A DNA stretch of 63,647 bases, the filler included, from Basidiobolus ranarum (taxonomy: Eukaryota): assembly GCA_040143965.1 (NCBI GenBank). It is 45 parts of 45 records of this genome, joined end to end, with 100 filler letters (N's around TTAATTAATTAA, not from the genome) between each part and the next. Parts side by side here need not be neighbours in the genome. Positions count along the whole stretch, not along the records: positions 35,478 to 36,793 come from JASJQH010005574.1; positions 36,894 to 38,209 come from JASJQH010005575.1; positions 38,310 to 39,624 come from JASJQH010005576.1; positions 39,725 to 41,039 come from JASJQH010005577.1; positions 41,140 to 42,454 come from JASJQH010005578.1; positions 42,555 to 43,868 come from JASJQH010005579.1; positions 43,969 to 45,282 come from JASJQH010005580.1; positions 45,383 to 46,696 come from JASJQH010005581.1; 37 more parts are not named here. One strand, given 5' to 3'. Positions 36,533 through 49,524 of the stretch are shown here, one piece after another. The first letter of the stretch is position 1; every line of letters begins with the position of its first letter. Position numbers and translations under genes: made by a program. The notes under the pieces are model-generated. The model worked only from the letters and a program-made list of their open reading frames with translations. It was not told the DNA's origin and searched no databases.

Positions 36533-36793
36533 TGTTGAAAGTCTGGTGACTTGTGGTACAAGCAGTAATTCCCAAAGAGGAAAATATGGAGTATGGTGAC
36601 TGCACCTGAACACAAAGTCTAAGGCCAATCAGTTGCTTGTATAGCTGAAATGCCAAAGTACCATACATTGACAGACTAGGTCAAGGTTCCCTAGCAATAT
36701 AGGCATAGCATACAAGGACTGGTAGCTCAGTGGTTAGAGCACCTTGCTAGAGTGAAGGAGGTCCCAGGTTCAATTCCTGGCCAGACCAATATT
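36533..36793 (+). mobile_element. LTR-like insertion starting TGTTGAAAG that contains a tRNA-like sequence (truncated by contig edge)
   Basis: The Copia integrase frame stops abruptly at SLGGK and is followed by TGTTGA. The far end is not visible. Confidence 0.5.
36716..36788 (+). tRNA. tRNA-like sequence (pseudo-tRNA or TE-borne Pol III cassette), nominal anticodon AGA with a short variable loop
   Basis: Cloverleaf: acceptor GGACTGG/CCAGACC (one mismatch), D-stem GCTC/GAGC, anticodon stem CCTTG/GAAGG (one mismatch), T-arm CCAGG-TTCAATT-CCTGG. A-box TAGCTCAGTGG and B-box GGTTCAATTCC are present. Confidence 0.75.
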
Positions 36794-36893
36794 NNNNNNN
36801 NNNNNNNNNNNNNNNNNNNNNNNNNNNNNNNNNNNNNTTAATTAATTAANNNNNNNNNNNNNNNNNNNNNNNNNNNNNNNNNNNNNNNNNNNN

Positions 36894-38209
36894 CAACGTT
36901 TTGTCAAGAACTACTCCAAAATATCTGCTCCATTAACAAACCTTACAAAGAAAGAACTCCCGTTTGACTGGAACCCATCTTGCCAACAAGCATTTGTAAC
37001 TTTAGAGGGTGCTATAACATCAGCACCAATCCTGGCACATCCCAAGCTAGACAAGCCATTTATGGATGAAACTGATGCATCCAACTTTGCTCTAGGAGCA
37101 GTATTATCACAGTTTGATGAAAACAATTTACCCCACCTTGCTGCCTTTTACTCAAGAGATTCTCTGCCACAGAAATCAACCATGACATCTATGACAAGGA
37201 ACTATTAGCAATTATTGCTATGTTTGAACAATGGTAACAATGCTAGGATGCAACAAATCACAAAATCACAGTTTATTGTTATCACAAGAATCTTCCAAAT
37301 TTTAGTACAACCAAAGTTCTCAACTGTTGTCAAGCAAGATGATCATTATTTCTTGCTAGTTTTGATTTTGTGATCACATATTGACCAGGTAGCCAGCAAG
37401 AAAAGCCTGATGCCTTATTGCAAAGTGCAGATTATCAGCCTAAAGAAGGGGTTGAGGCCTTTGGCCAACAAAATACTTCCTTACTGAAGCTGCACCAACT
37501 TCAAATTAGTGCAACTGGCCTTTCTCTGCCTAGTTCAAGCACATTCCATGAAAACATCCACAAACTTCAATCTGAAGACCCATTGGTAATATCAATTAAG
37601 AAAGCCCAGGAAATGCCCAAAGACCTCTCAAGCTTGAACCTGTACCACCATTTCTCTATCATCAATGTTGTCTTGTTTTATAAGAAGCAACTTTACATGC
37701 AAACCACACTTCCAGCCTCAAAATCATGCAGGAAAGACATAACTCACCACTAGCAAGACACTTTGGTGTTGACAAATAATATATGTTGGCATCCAGGGAT
37801 TATTGATGGCTAAAAGTGTTTGCATTTGTCAAGACTTATGTTTCAACCTGTGATTCTTGTGCTCCAGTGAAGACTCCAAGACATCTGCCCTATGGCCTGC
37901 TACAGCCTCTTCAAATTCCTGATCAGCAGTGGTAATCCATATCCCAGGATTTCATAACTGATCTACCATTGTCTGCCAAATATGAATCAATTCTGGTAAT
38001 TGTTGACTGTCTAACAAAGATGGCCCTTTTTGTGCCCTGCAACAAGTCAATTGATGCAAAACAAACAGCAGAATTGGTAACTCAAAACATCTTCCGTGTA
38101 CATGGACTCCCTGAAACTATCATCTCCGACCAAGGACCTCAGTTTGCTTCCAAATTCTGGAAAAGTCTCCTCCGTACCTTGGGTATCTCTGCCAATCTCT
38201 CCACTGCCT
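36894..38209 (+). mobile_element. Ty3/Gypsy (Tf2-like) RNase H-integrase fragment
   Basis: ETDASNFALGAVLSQ, YDKELLAI, PYGLLQPL, DFITDLP and VHGLPETIISDQGPQFASKFW. Confidence 0.96.
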
Positions 38210-38309
38210 NNNNNNNNNNNNNNNNNNNNNNNNNNNNNNNNNNNNNNNNNNNNTTAATTAATTAANNNNNNNNNNNNNNNNNNNNNNNNNNNNNNNNNNN
38301 NNNNNNNNN

Positions 38310-39624
38310 TGGCCAGTTCTTTTACAGTAATCACAGAATGTGTTACTTTTCTTCTTAAAGTGCTTTTGACCTTTATAGGAAGGTTTCCCATAGCCTATTA
38401 AAGCATTTTCTTCATTCTTTGGGTAGGATCCTGATTTGCATAAGTCTTCATCCAGAAGTCTGTCAAATACATAATTTGAGGTCACATTTTCAGTTCTTGA
38501 TTCTAGAGCCACTACTAGGCTCTATAACTTATGTGGCGGGCTATTCAGGACTGTAACTATGATATCTTGATCAGTGGTTGGTACTCTAATGCATTCCATT
38601 TCATCTACTAAAATAGTGACTCTAAAAATTAGTGATTGAATGTCTTCTCCTAGCTTCTTCTTAAAGTTAAAGAATTGTCTTCTTAGAAACATCTTGTTGG
38701 CAGCAGAACTTGTTTGGTAGGTATCTTCCAAGGCTCTCCATACCTTCTTGGCAGCTTTAGCTCTTGAACATTGAATTAGCAATCTGTCTTTAACATTAAG
38801 CCAAATTGTGTTAAAGGCACTTTGTTCTTTTTTAACCTGGAGTAAAACTTTGGTTTCAGATAGCTTTGCATTGTTTTCTTTTCCAACAACAGTGTCCCAA
38901 AGTCCTTTTTCTTGAAGCAGCATTTATATTCTAATTTTCCAAACTTGATAATTGGTTTCATCCAATTTTTCAGAAGAGGGAAAAGTTCCATAAGTCTGAG
39001 AAGTAGACATTATAGAGAGTGCAAGCTTGGGGCTCGTAACCTGTTAAAGTATTTGGGAGCCTGTTGGATGTAGTTTGGAGAATTAGAGCAATTGGTGGTT
39101 TTCACTTATTGATTTATTGAGTAGAAAGTTGACATTTATAGTTTTGTCAAGATCTAAGCAGACTAACATGTAAAGTGTGATAAGAAAGGTCTCAGACACA
39201 TGTGTGCAAAGTTTGGGGCCTCTAGCACAAGCTTGAAAAATCTATATATCTGAGAACTTCCAAGTTGGTAAAAATATTATAAGTAAATTCCAATTGAGAA
39301 TAATGGATAATATCAAGTGAATTATAAGATAACTAAGTACTAAGCTATGTATGACTACATAGGTGTTTGATCCTGGCAAAACTATCACAATTAACTCTCT
39401 ATTCAACAAATCAATAAGTGAAAAACACTAATTTATCTATTTCTCCAAACTACTGTTTAAGTATTTGGGAGCCTGTTGGAAGTGGTTTGGAGAATTAGAG
39501 GAATTGGTGGTTGTCACTTATTGATTTATTGAGTAGAAAGTTGACATTTATAGTTTTGTCAAGATGTAAACAAACTAACATGTAGAATATGTTAAGGAAG
39601 GTCCCAGGAACATGTGTGCAAAGT
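38310..39624 (-). mobile_element. Copia family A 5' end (gag ATG at about 39010, PBS 39030-39041, LTR from 39042) with further rearranged LTR-A pieces
   Basis: Reverse complement of the 32873-33961 organisation. Confidence 0.93.
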
Positions 39625-39724
39625 NNNNNNNNNNNNNNNNNNNNNNNNNNNNNNNNNNNNNNNNNNNNTTAATTAATTAANNNNNNNNNNNNNNNNNNNN
39701 NNNNNNNNNNNNNNNNNNNNNNNN

Positions 39725-41039
39725 AGTATATCAGCAATCATGTCTTCTGTAGAACAATAAGTTAAGTCAATAAACTTATTCTCTATAGTTGCTCTAATGA
39801 AGTGATGCTTAATATCTATGTGTTTGCTTCTATTATGAAACGTGGGATTTTTAGCTAATTTGATATAACTTTGATTATCTTGAAATATTGTAGTTGGTGA
39901 ATTTTGAGAATAACTGTTGTGTCCAAGAGAAAAGTGGATAAAAAGTCTTGAACTTTACTGAACCAAAGAAACCATTAAGTGCAGAATCTTAGAACTGTTT
40001 AAGCAGGATATATCAGCAGAGCAGATCTAACTAATATATGTCTTGGGAATAGCAGTGGGTTGCTATGTTATGGTAGAGAGTAGGTTTCTAGGCAGCTAGG
40101 CTTGGTGTTCTGTAGATGCTTGTAGATACTAGGCTTGGATAGAAATGAGAGGGGAGTATTGAATTTGTTGAGAAACACTGAGAAATGTTGAAATCCTATA
40201 TTTGTTGAGACACACACTAAACCAAAAGGTTCAGTTAGCTTTATTTATACTTTTTGATAGCAAAGTGAATTAGTAAGCACCAAGATATTAGATGACTAAC
40301 TCTGATAAAAGATAATGCAATTGGATAGATACATAGATAGATAAGTGAGTCATGTATCAGCTGAAGTCTTGGCAGTGTAAGATCATTGGTTATGAATCTT
40401 GTGACTCATATTGACTTGTGTCTAGGTGGATGACTCAGAGGTTAATACTGATTGGATACTGATCATGTGATTGGTCATATGATCTGATAAAAGGGATAAG
40501 TAACTAGATAGTTAGACAGGTGATAGGTCACATGATAAAGTCACTGGATAAGGTCAGGTGCCTAGTTAGTGATAATGAGAAACTAAACAGATATTCAAAC
40601 AAGTTGTATAGATATAGCATAAGTTTAAACCACTTTTTATGTTGGTGCACAACAATAACCCAAATCTGTTAAGAGTTTTCTTAACCATATTGCCTCTTTT
40701 GTTGCTTCACAGGCAGCCATGTATTCAGCTTCTGTTGTTGAAAGTGCTACAGTAGGTTGTTTCTTTGAATTCCAAGAAATAGCTCCATTACAGCAAAGAA
40801 ATAAGTATCCTGTTATAGATCTCCTGTCTTCAATATCTTTTCCCCAATTTGCATCTGAATATCCCATCAGATCAAAATTTGATCCAGAATATATGTATTT
40901 TAAGCATAGATCCACAGTACCTTTCAAATATCTGAAAATCTGCTTAACTGCTATGATTTGATCAGATCCATAATTTTGAAGATATTGGCACATAACTCCC
41001 ACAGAATATGCAATATCTGGCCATGTTCCAACCATGATA
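39725..41039 (-). mobile_element. Copia RNase H region split by a solo LTR
   Basis: [16 protein letters not shown] and LLTDLGY continue after the insertion as SQNSPTTIFQDNQS and RSKHIDIKHHF. Confidence 0.95.
39915..40654 (-). mobile_element. Solo LTR (family F, 740 bp) with 5-bp target-site duplication ATAAC
   Basis: ATAAC|TGTTGTG...CACAACA|ATAAC. Removing it restores the host reading frame. The same end occurs at 18471-18623. Confidence 0.93.
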
Positions 41040-41139
41040 NNNNNNNNNNNNNNNNNNNNNNNNNNNNNNNNNNNNNNNNNNNNTTAATTAATTAANNNNN
41101 NNNNNNNNNNNNNNNNNNNNNNNNNNNNNNNNNNNNNNN

Positions 41140-42454
41140 CTTTACAAAGGGGATTCAATGGTACAAAAGCCAAACATGAAAAATATCAGCCTAATTCAGT
41201 GATTGCAATTGTGTGCAAACAGTACATGACTTCAGATTTTTCAGATTACTGGTGAGAGCCAAAAAACCATTTAGAGAGGAAAATGGTTTATTTACTGAAT
41301 GATTATAAGTCATAAAATTGACAAGTGCTTTCCACTTGTAGCAGTTCTGTGGCAAGCACAGTTGCCAATCAACTGCAGTCAAAGTGTAGGAATACAAATA
41401 AATACTTAGTTGCTAAGATTGGATTGAACTCTCCATTATTGAATAATTAAAGCTGCTCCCTTGATTTTGAGTCTTATGAGTGGCCTAATGCTGGCTAATA
41501 ACAAAGACTCTGTAACAAAAACATTGTCTTCTTCATATTCAGATATAGTACCATGAGTAGTGAAATAGCCATGGCAACATCTAGCAGCATGTCCTCAAAG
41601 TGTCTGGACTTACTGGTTCAACCAAAGTTGAATATCTACATACAACATTCTGATTACATAACTGTGGCAACTCCATGGCATCTTGACTTTTGGCACTGTT
41701 GCCAAAACTTTGAGGCAAAGCACAGCCAGTGAACTCAGTGGGCAAAACTAAAGTTGATTTTGTGCACTGATTGCTGTTAATATTGACCAGGCTTTGTGCA
41801 GCTGGTGGCTTTGTACAGTGACCATGCCTGTGATTAATTTTTCTATGAAGCCTCCAGCTTTCATAGCACAAGAATTTGTGATAATAATGGCGGGGCCTCC
41901 TTAAACATTTGTATGGTGGCATGAGAAAGCTATTCTTGACAAATATCACCTTGTATGTAAGAGTATAATTTTAGGTTTGTCCCATCAATGTAATCAGCTG
42001 ATTCTGAGACAGTGTGACAAATGAGTCATCAGGAGAATTACACAACATTAATGGTAATAGATGACAATATTGGTTTAGTATAAGCTGTTTCTAAGTAATT
42101 TCATTACACTAAGTTTACCATCTGGAAATTGCATTGCTCTTCAAAAAGACCTGAAAATCTAAATCCAAATGGGCTTCTAAGCAAAAGCCTGCTGGCACAA
42201 AAGGAAAAAACCTGCAAGAACAGAGGACTTAATGGATGAGCAGTCTAATGATGCACTATCCACTTTAGAAGGCATCAATATGATGGAAACTAACTCAGGT
42301 AAAGATGACACATTATTCATCTCACCAGAGATGTTCCTTCCCAGCAATAGTGCAAGTGAAGAGAGTGTAGTCCCCCAATTATATAGTAAACCAATAGTTC
42401 AGCAAAGATCAATCAAAATACCATCAAGACCATCAACTTCCTAAATGGCTTCTT
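41140..42454. mobile_element. CACTA-like element centre (transposase -, ORF1 +)
   Basis: Homologous to 28397-29713. Extends the transposase to ...CTVC...LAFVPLNPL, which resembles the Y.PL.PRL motif after the Tnp2 Cys cluster. Confidence 0.8.
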
Positions 42455-42554
42455 NNNNNNNNNNNNNNNNNNNNNNNNNNNNNNNNNNNNNNNNNNNNTT
42501 AATTAATTAANNNNNNNNNNNNNNNNNNNNNNNNNNNNNNNNNNNNNNNNNNNN

Positions 42555-43473
42555 ATATGGAAGGGGGACAATAGGGCGTAAACTCACTGGCTCCTTTGAT
42601 TTTCCCTTGGGTTTACTAGCTTCCTGCTCCTTGAGTACTTCTTTAGATGCTTTTCTTTCTTTTCCAAGTCCATAATTGCATACACTTTTGAGATGTTTCA
42701 TGAATAAGCCTAAACTAGCCCAATTGCCATTTACTTGCAAAAACCCAGGATAAGCCACAAGAAATAAGTAAAGAACTTTCAGAGTAATGCCTGGTTTTTG
42801 GTTTTTCCACAATTGACCCAAATCCAGGTGATTTTGGGCAAGATTCCACACAGTTTCCAAAATGTTAAACCACTCATCATCAGAGCAAGTGATGGCAGCT
42901 CTGACATTCAGAGTCTTTTAGTTTGCCGGTTTTCCTATGAGATTTCTGCCTTATGTGCCCAAGCATTTTTGGGCAGTTGTGCAGGCTTAATGGTCCAACA
43001 CATATTCTGCTCCACTAGATTGTCATTGTGATGTTCATATGTATGGTGTGGGATTGATTGAAATCATGTATGAGATTGGATGGAGGGAGCAGCATGTTGC
43101 TGTAGCTTAAGTACAGCATTTTGAAGACCTTGTAGCATTGTTGAGTGACTCTCTAACTGTTTACTAGTTGCTTTCAAATGCTGCATGTATTGTGCTATTG
43201 TGGCATTATTGCTTGTCATGGCCTGTATAGCAACCTTGTAGTTTTTACTTACGATTGCATACAAGTCATTACAGTGATCTGCCTGTGATTTCCTTGTTGT
43301 AATAATTCTATCCAAATTTTCTATGGAGGGTTGTTCAATAGTGGTCAAAATAGCCATGTTGGAAGTTGATGATCTTGATGGTGTTTTGGTTGAACTTTGC
43401 TCAACTATTGATTTACTACATAGTTGGAGGATCACAATCTCTTCACTTGCACTATTGCTGGAAAGGAACATAT
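42555..43473 (-). mobile_element. CACTA-like element ORF1, middle to C-terminal part
   Basis: LDLGQLWKNQKPG, AYPGFLQVNGNWASLGLFMKHLK and a K/E-rich tail. Confidence 0.75.
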
Positions 43474-43868
43474 TGTCATGATTCTGATCTTGGCACACTG
43501 ATCCACTGCAAATAGAACTCTTCTATTATTATATTACAACATCATATCTGTTATGCCATCCCTTCTTGGCAATCTAGTGTCAGTTCATCCGGATTACTTT
43601 ATATGGAAGTCATGTTCTTTGGAACATTCCATGAAACCTAACCAACATGTCATCCCACACATAGTGTATTTCTGCCAAGACCTTCCATGGAAGGTCACCT
43701 GATTATCTTTGCATCATTATTACATCATCCTTCTTTGTATTGGTCCTTGTAGTTCCTAACACCCCAACTCTCAAACTTGCCACAGTATATTCCCTATTCA
43801 GTATATTATGTTTCACCTTACAATATCTATATAAGCCCCATGTATTCCTTGATCAGACCTCAGTCTGA
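43474..43868 (+). mobile_element. LTR family E, 5' part (TGTCA start)
   Basis: TGTCATG start interrupts ORF1. Contains TATATAAG and overlaps in sequence with 46797 onward. Confidence 0.75.
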
Positions 43869-43968
43869 NNNNNNNNNNNNNNNNNNNNNNNNNNNNNNNN
43901 NNNNNNNNNNNNTTAATTAATTAANNNNNNNNNNNNNNNNNNNNNNNNNNNNNNNNNNNNNNNNNNNN

Positions 43969-45282
43969 GAATTGGCAGTACAGGTACAAGCTTGAGAGGT
44001 CTTTGGGTGTTTCCTAGGCTTTCTTGATTGATATTACCAATGGGTCTTCAGATTGCAGTTTGCAGATATGTTCATGGCACGTGCTTGAACTAGGCAGAGA
44101 AAGGGCAGTTGCACTAATTTGAAGTTGGTGGGGCTTCAGTAAGGAAGTATTTTGTTGGCCAAAGGCCTCATCCCCTTCTTTAGGCTAATATTCTACTCTC
44201 CATGATAAGGAATCTGCTTTTACTTGCTGGCTACCTGGTCAATATGTAATCACAAATTCAAAACTGGCAAGAAATAATGACCATCTTGCTTGACAATGGT
44301 TGAAAACTTTGGTTGTACTAAAATACTGAAGATTATTGTGATCTCAATAAACTGTGATTTTATGATTTGCTTCATTCAAGTATTGTGGCCATTGTTCAAA
44401 TGCAACATTGATTGCCAATAGTTCCTTGTCATAGATATCATCATTGATTTTTGCAGCAGAGAACTTTGTTAAGTAAAAGGCAACAGGGTGCAGTAAGTTG
44501 TCATTGTCAAACTGTGATAGTACTGCTTCTAGAGCAAAGTCAGATGCATCAGTTTCAACAATAAATGGCTTGTCTAGCTTGGGATGTACCAGGGTTGGTG
44601 CTGAGATAAAAGCACTCTTTAAAGTTACAAATGCCTGTTGGCAAGATTAGTTCCAGTCAAATGGGAGTTCTTTCTTTGTGAGGTTTGTTAATGGAGCAGA
44701 TAATTTGGAGTAGCTCTTGACACACCATTGGTAAAAGTTTGCAAATCCAAGAAAAGATTGGATATCCCTCACATTCTTGGGAATATCCCAAGACAGAACA
44801 GATTCAACCTTTTTAGGGTCCATGGTGATGCCTGATGTGCTTATATTATATCCAAGGAATTCAACTTGAGCTCGATTAAATTCACATTTCTCAAGTCTAA
44901 CATAGAGCCCAGAGGTTTTCAACTTTCTAGGACTTTGGAAACATGAATATTATGTTCTTTTTCACAGCTTGAGAAGACCAAGATATTGTCAAGGTAGATT
45001 ATCACAAATTGATGAGGATACTATCTGAAGATATCATTCATCATATGTTGAAAAACTGCAGGTGCATTGGTAAGTCCAAATGGCATGACTTTGTATTCAA
45101 AGTGTCCATAGCAAGTTTGAAAGGCAGTTTTCCATTGGTTTCCTGGTTTGATTCTTACAAGATTGTCAGGGCCTCTTAGATCAATCTTTGTAAGCACCTT
45201 GGCTGAAGCAAGCTGATCCAAGAGTGAGTTGATTAATGGCAAGGGGTACCAATTTTTGACTGTAATGCTATTTAGGCCTTGA
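43969..45282 (-). mobile_element. Ty3/Gypsy (Tf2-like) RT-RNase H fragment
   Basis: [33 protein letters not shown] (YLDD mutated), FLGFANFY and ETDASD. Confidence 0.97.
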
Positions 45283-45382
45283 NNNNNNNNNNNNNNNNNN
45301 NNNNNNNNNNNNNNNNNNNNNNNNNNTTAATTAATTAANNNNNNNNNNNNNNNNNNNNNNNNNNNNNNNNNNNNNNNNNNNN

Positions 45383-46085
45383 TCTAAATAGGAATATCTC
45401 TATATCTATATAACAAGTATGTCTTATTACCCCCACTTATCTATTATATCTTATTACACAAACTCCTGAATATCTCAAACAATTGATTCACTTCTCTACT
45501 ATATAAGTCATCATATACTCTTAAGAATAAAGTAACTAAAACACACTATCATAAGTTGCTTCTAATACCCAAAGTCTACCCCCATTATGTCAAGATCCTC
45601 CAACAGGTTCCATCCAAGTGGCTTGGAGAATTAGAGGAATTGGTGGTTTTTACTCATTGATTTATTGAGTAGAAAGATGACATTTGTAGTTTTGTCACAA
45701 TGTAAGCAACCAACATGTAGAATATGTTAAGCAAGGTCTCAGGAACATGTGTGCAAAGTTTGGCACTTCTAGCACAGGTTTGATAAATCTATATATCTGA
45801 GATCATCTAAGTAAATTCTGATTGAGAATAATGGATAATATCTTAGTGAATTATAAGATAACTAAGTACTAAGCTATATATGACTATATAGGTCTTTAGG
45901 CAATGCTAATTTCAATATCTAGCACAAGTTTGAAAAGTCCATATGTCTGAGAACATCTAAGTTGGTAAGAATATCTCAAGTAAATTCCAATTGAGAATAG
46001 AGTGTATATCTTAGTTCAATATAGCATAACTAAATGCTAAGCTATATATGTCTATGTAGGTGTTTAGGCTATGCTAATTTCAATA
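45383..46085. repeat. Nested LTR fragments (LTR-D end, then two partial LTR-A copies)
   Basis: Direct similarity to the other LTR-D and LTR-A copies in the window. Confidence 0.85.
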
Positions 46086-46796
46086 ATCACCACCTCAGCA
46101 CTGGCTTAAGTTTTAATTACTTCAAGTAGTTTGTGGTTGGTGAACTTTTCTAAGCAACTTAGATATATAAATACTGCATGTTTGGGTTCCAGATTAAAAC
46201 CCTTCACAGTTGAATCAGGGAATATACAGTATAGCCAAATTATCTTGAAATCCTCAGCCCTTGATTATGATACACCTAGAACATTAAATAGGGCCAAATT
46301 TTGTGAAAACCTCAATGGGCTTCTCTATGCTGATGGTCTAGATTCTGATATAGGCCTTTGCATCTCCAGTATGATCATAATGACTTTTTATGGCGTTATA
46401 AGCATAATGTAACCATAGTTTCTTCTTTGAGATACAGTACAAGCATCTTTTGTTATTCACAACATCTGAGACGCTAGATATGTGAGGCACAGAACAATAA
46501 TGTGTATAAAGTCAAAATGGTAACACATTTCTCCTACTTGGATATTTGAAAAAGTGTAGAATATGTGTCACCAGTTCTAATTACACCTGTTCCCCACTAT
46601 AGTGTCAAGTCGCGCTGTATATACTAAAATCAAGTTGCACAATTTGGCACTCTCCAGCACCCTGTGATTGTATCAATACCTATCATTTTTACTCTANNNN
46701 NNNNNNNNNNNNNNNNNNNNNNNNNNNNNNNNNNNNNNNNTTAATTAATTAANNNNNNNNNNNNNNNNNNNNNNNNNNNNNNNNNNNNNNNNNNNN

Positions 46797-47010
46797 CACC
46801 TTGCAATATCTATATAAGCACCATGTATTTCTTGATCAGACCTCAGTCTGATCAATGCCAGTTATCAATAAAGATTCTTGCCAAAGTATCTTCCTTGTCC
46901 AGTCTTGCCTTGTCTTGTGGTCTACGCCCAAGTATTCTCCTGCCTTCTAGCCTCTTGTCGTTGTTCCCAGTCCTTGTCCAGTTCCTTATTGTGACAACTG
47001 GTGCTTGTAA
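46797..47010 (+). mobile_element. LTR family E 3' part ending TGACA (46996) followed by a putative conventional PBS
   Basis: TATATAAG and AATAAA upstream, then ...GTGACA|AC-TGGTGCTTG. Confidence 0.7.
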
Positions 47011-47119
47011 ATAGTCTTAGGCTACTAGTGTAGCCTTGCACCTCTCTATATTGCCATCATAGTAGTATTTAACTTTAAACACCCATCAGCAGCCAATTGA
47101 TTTTCTATTGTCAGGTAGG

Positions 47120-48110
47120 TTGGTTAAAATCCAAGTTTGATTATTTATCAAAGCTTAGTATTCATCAGCCATTGCAGATCTCCAAATTTTCTGGGAGGGT
47201 CATTCAGGGCCTCTTTTACTGTCTGGGGCTCATGTATTTGAGTGGTGCAGGTATAGAGCCAATTTTCGGACTTATTGATGTAGCAATAAGGGATATTTCT
47301 GATCCAATTTGATCTCCTAGTTTGGGATACAGGTACTACAACTTCTGGCATTGTATTGCACACTTCAGTAAGCAAAATGTTGGTTGAAGGGTCCACAGGA
47401 ATGCTATCTTCTGCATTGCTTGGTTTGAGACAAAGTGAATGATTAGATGGGGAGAAAATAGATTTTTGTCATCATCTGAGGTCATTTTGGATGAAAAATA
47501 TTTCATTTTCATTAAACAAAACATCCCTGGACTTGATTAACTTGGAAATTTTGGTATCACAGAGTCGGTAGGCCTTGGTTTGAGTATAATAACCCAGAAA
47601 TATGCATTTCTTACTTTTTGGATCAAATTTAAACAAAATTTTGGTCATAATTTTGACATAAGCAAAGCATCCCAAGATCCTCAATTGTTTCACATCAGGT
47701 TTAACTCCAAACCAAGCTTGATATGGTATAGAGCAAGACAGACTTCTAGTAAAACTCCTATTCTTCAGATATACAGCTGTGGCAACAGATTCTGCCCAAA
47801 ATCTGTAAGATAAATTTTGTTCATTTATCATTGCTCTTGCCATTTCTGTTACAGACCTATCGTTAAAGTTTATTGTCTTCACCGTATTTGTTATCTCTAT
47901 CTGTTGGATAATTAATCTTTATTCAACATCGTAGTTAACTTTAGTTATGATACATATATCAGAAACAGAAAGCAACGTATCTATAGCCCCTATATTCTAA
48001 ATAGGAATATCTCTATATCTATATAACAAGTATGTCTTATTGCCCCCACTTATCTATTATATCTTATTACACAAACTCCTGAATATCTCAAACAATTGAT
48101 TTACTTTTCT
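47120..48110 (-). mobile_element. Copia family A integrase C-terminus and linker, with LTR-B and LTR-D pieces nested at about 47860-48110
   Basis: FWAESVATAVYLKNRS, LRILGC.AY and KSKKCIFLGY. Confidence 0.92.
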
Positions 48111-48210
48111 NNNNNNNNNNNNNNNNNNNNNNNNNNNNNNNNNNNNNNNNNNNNTTAATTAATTAANNNNNNNNNNNNNNNNNNNNNNNNNNNNNNNNNN
48201 NNNNNNNNNN

Positions 48211-49524
48211 TTATAGTGTCCAATTGAGTTTTGTATGACCTAGCTATGGTAACCAACAGATTGCACCAGATAGTTTGTTAGCAGGCTTGATTGGGTGGCA
48301 CAATCTGACCTGGTCCAATGCAACAAGTCTTTAATTGATTGCATTCAATATTAGCAACATTGACAGTGAAAGATTTCTCAGTCACATGATTGGTCAGAAA
48401 ATTATCACCATTTTTCTGAGCCCAACATCCGGATTGGCCTAAAAAAATCCTCTTTCTGATTACAATATCTTTCAATGGCAGAGATAACTTGCTGATTTCA
48501 AGAAGTTACTTCTAAATTTTTAGCATTCTCAGAGAAATTATGTGATATCCTGGTACAAATTTGTGCAATTCCAAAGTTGTATAATGTTTCACTATTTGTA
48601 TAGCTGCTTAATTTCCAAAGATCTTATAATGGTTTGTTCTCCTTCATTTCAGTTCCTGTATTGCAATATGACATAGGATCATTGCTTGTTAGTATCCTGC
48701 TAGCAATATTTATCACAAGGATTCATAATGATTTGAGCTTTGTCATATACATATTGGTAGCTGATATTGTCCAGATGTGACAAATTCAATGTTGCTGGAG
48801 AGTTTCAAATTCTCAATTTGGCCTAATGCCAATGTTGATTCACAACACATTATTTTCAAGTTAGTTTCAGTACTTGTTAGCTCAAGATTGGTTTTAGAAC
48901 TGGTTAACTCAGAAATCAGGTTACTGAGATATTGACTTTAGCCAATGTGAAATTTTCTTGATTAGAAGATATGAAATTTTTTTCAATGAATTTAGTATCT
49001 CTGGAGTTAATGACTGGATTTGTGCAGGCAATCAGGAGACAATAGTGCTTGTTCTGTTATCCTAATTGGATTCATTTAATTGCCATTATCCTATGCTGTG
49101 AGTTAGGAATATTTTAACAGATTCTTGAGGACTCTTATTGTTGGAAACTTTCTCAATTTTCATCATTTTGGATTGATTATTTACCTACCATTATAAAAGC
49201 ATCAAGTTAGATTTGATTTTAATCAATTTTCTTAGTTTGAGGAGTAAAATTTGCAGGTCTTGCAAAATAATTGCACATGACTGGCTACAATATCAGAAAA
49301 CAATGATTCTTCACCAGTGCAAAAAACATGACTGAAATTTTACACATTTACCACTTGAACTCTAAGTGGTTACTTTTAAAATACCTAGTTTCTTTGATAT
49401 ATTCTCCAGAATATTTTTATAGAGTTCTCTATACCAGTTCTAGCTTATGTCAAACACCAGTTTGTATCAACATCTCCCTCAAAGCCCACCATTGTAGTAT
49501 AGTTGATGAATCTAAATCTTGCTC
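48211..49524. mobile_element. Composite: AGACTTG transposon end (to 48330), decayed Copia linker (-), CACTA-like subterminal piece (about 49170-49524)
   Basis: Similarity to 56808 onward, to about 31230-31490, and to about 6620-6970 respectively. Confidence 0.7.

Noticed and set aside
36716..36788. Functional tRNA-Ser(AGA) or amber suppressor implying a variant genetic code
   Set aside because: No long variable arm, stem mismatches and a TE context. CTA is not centred in the loop under the standard fold.
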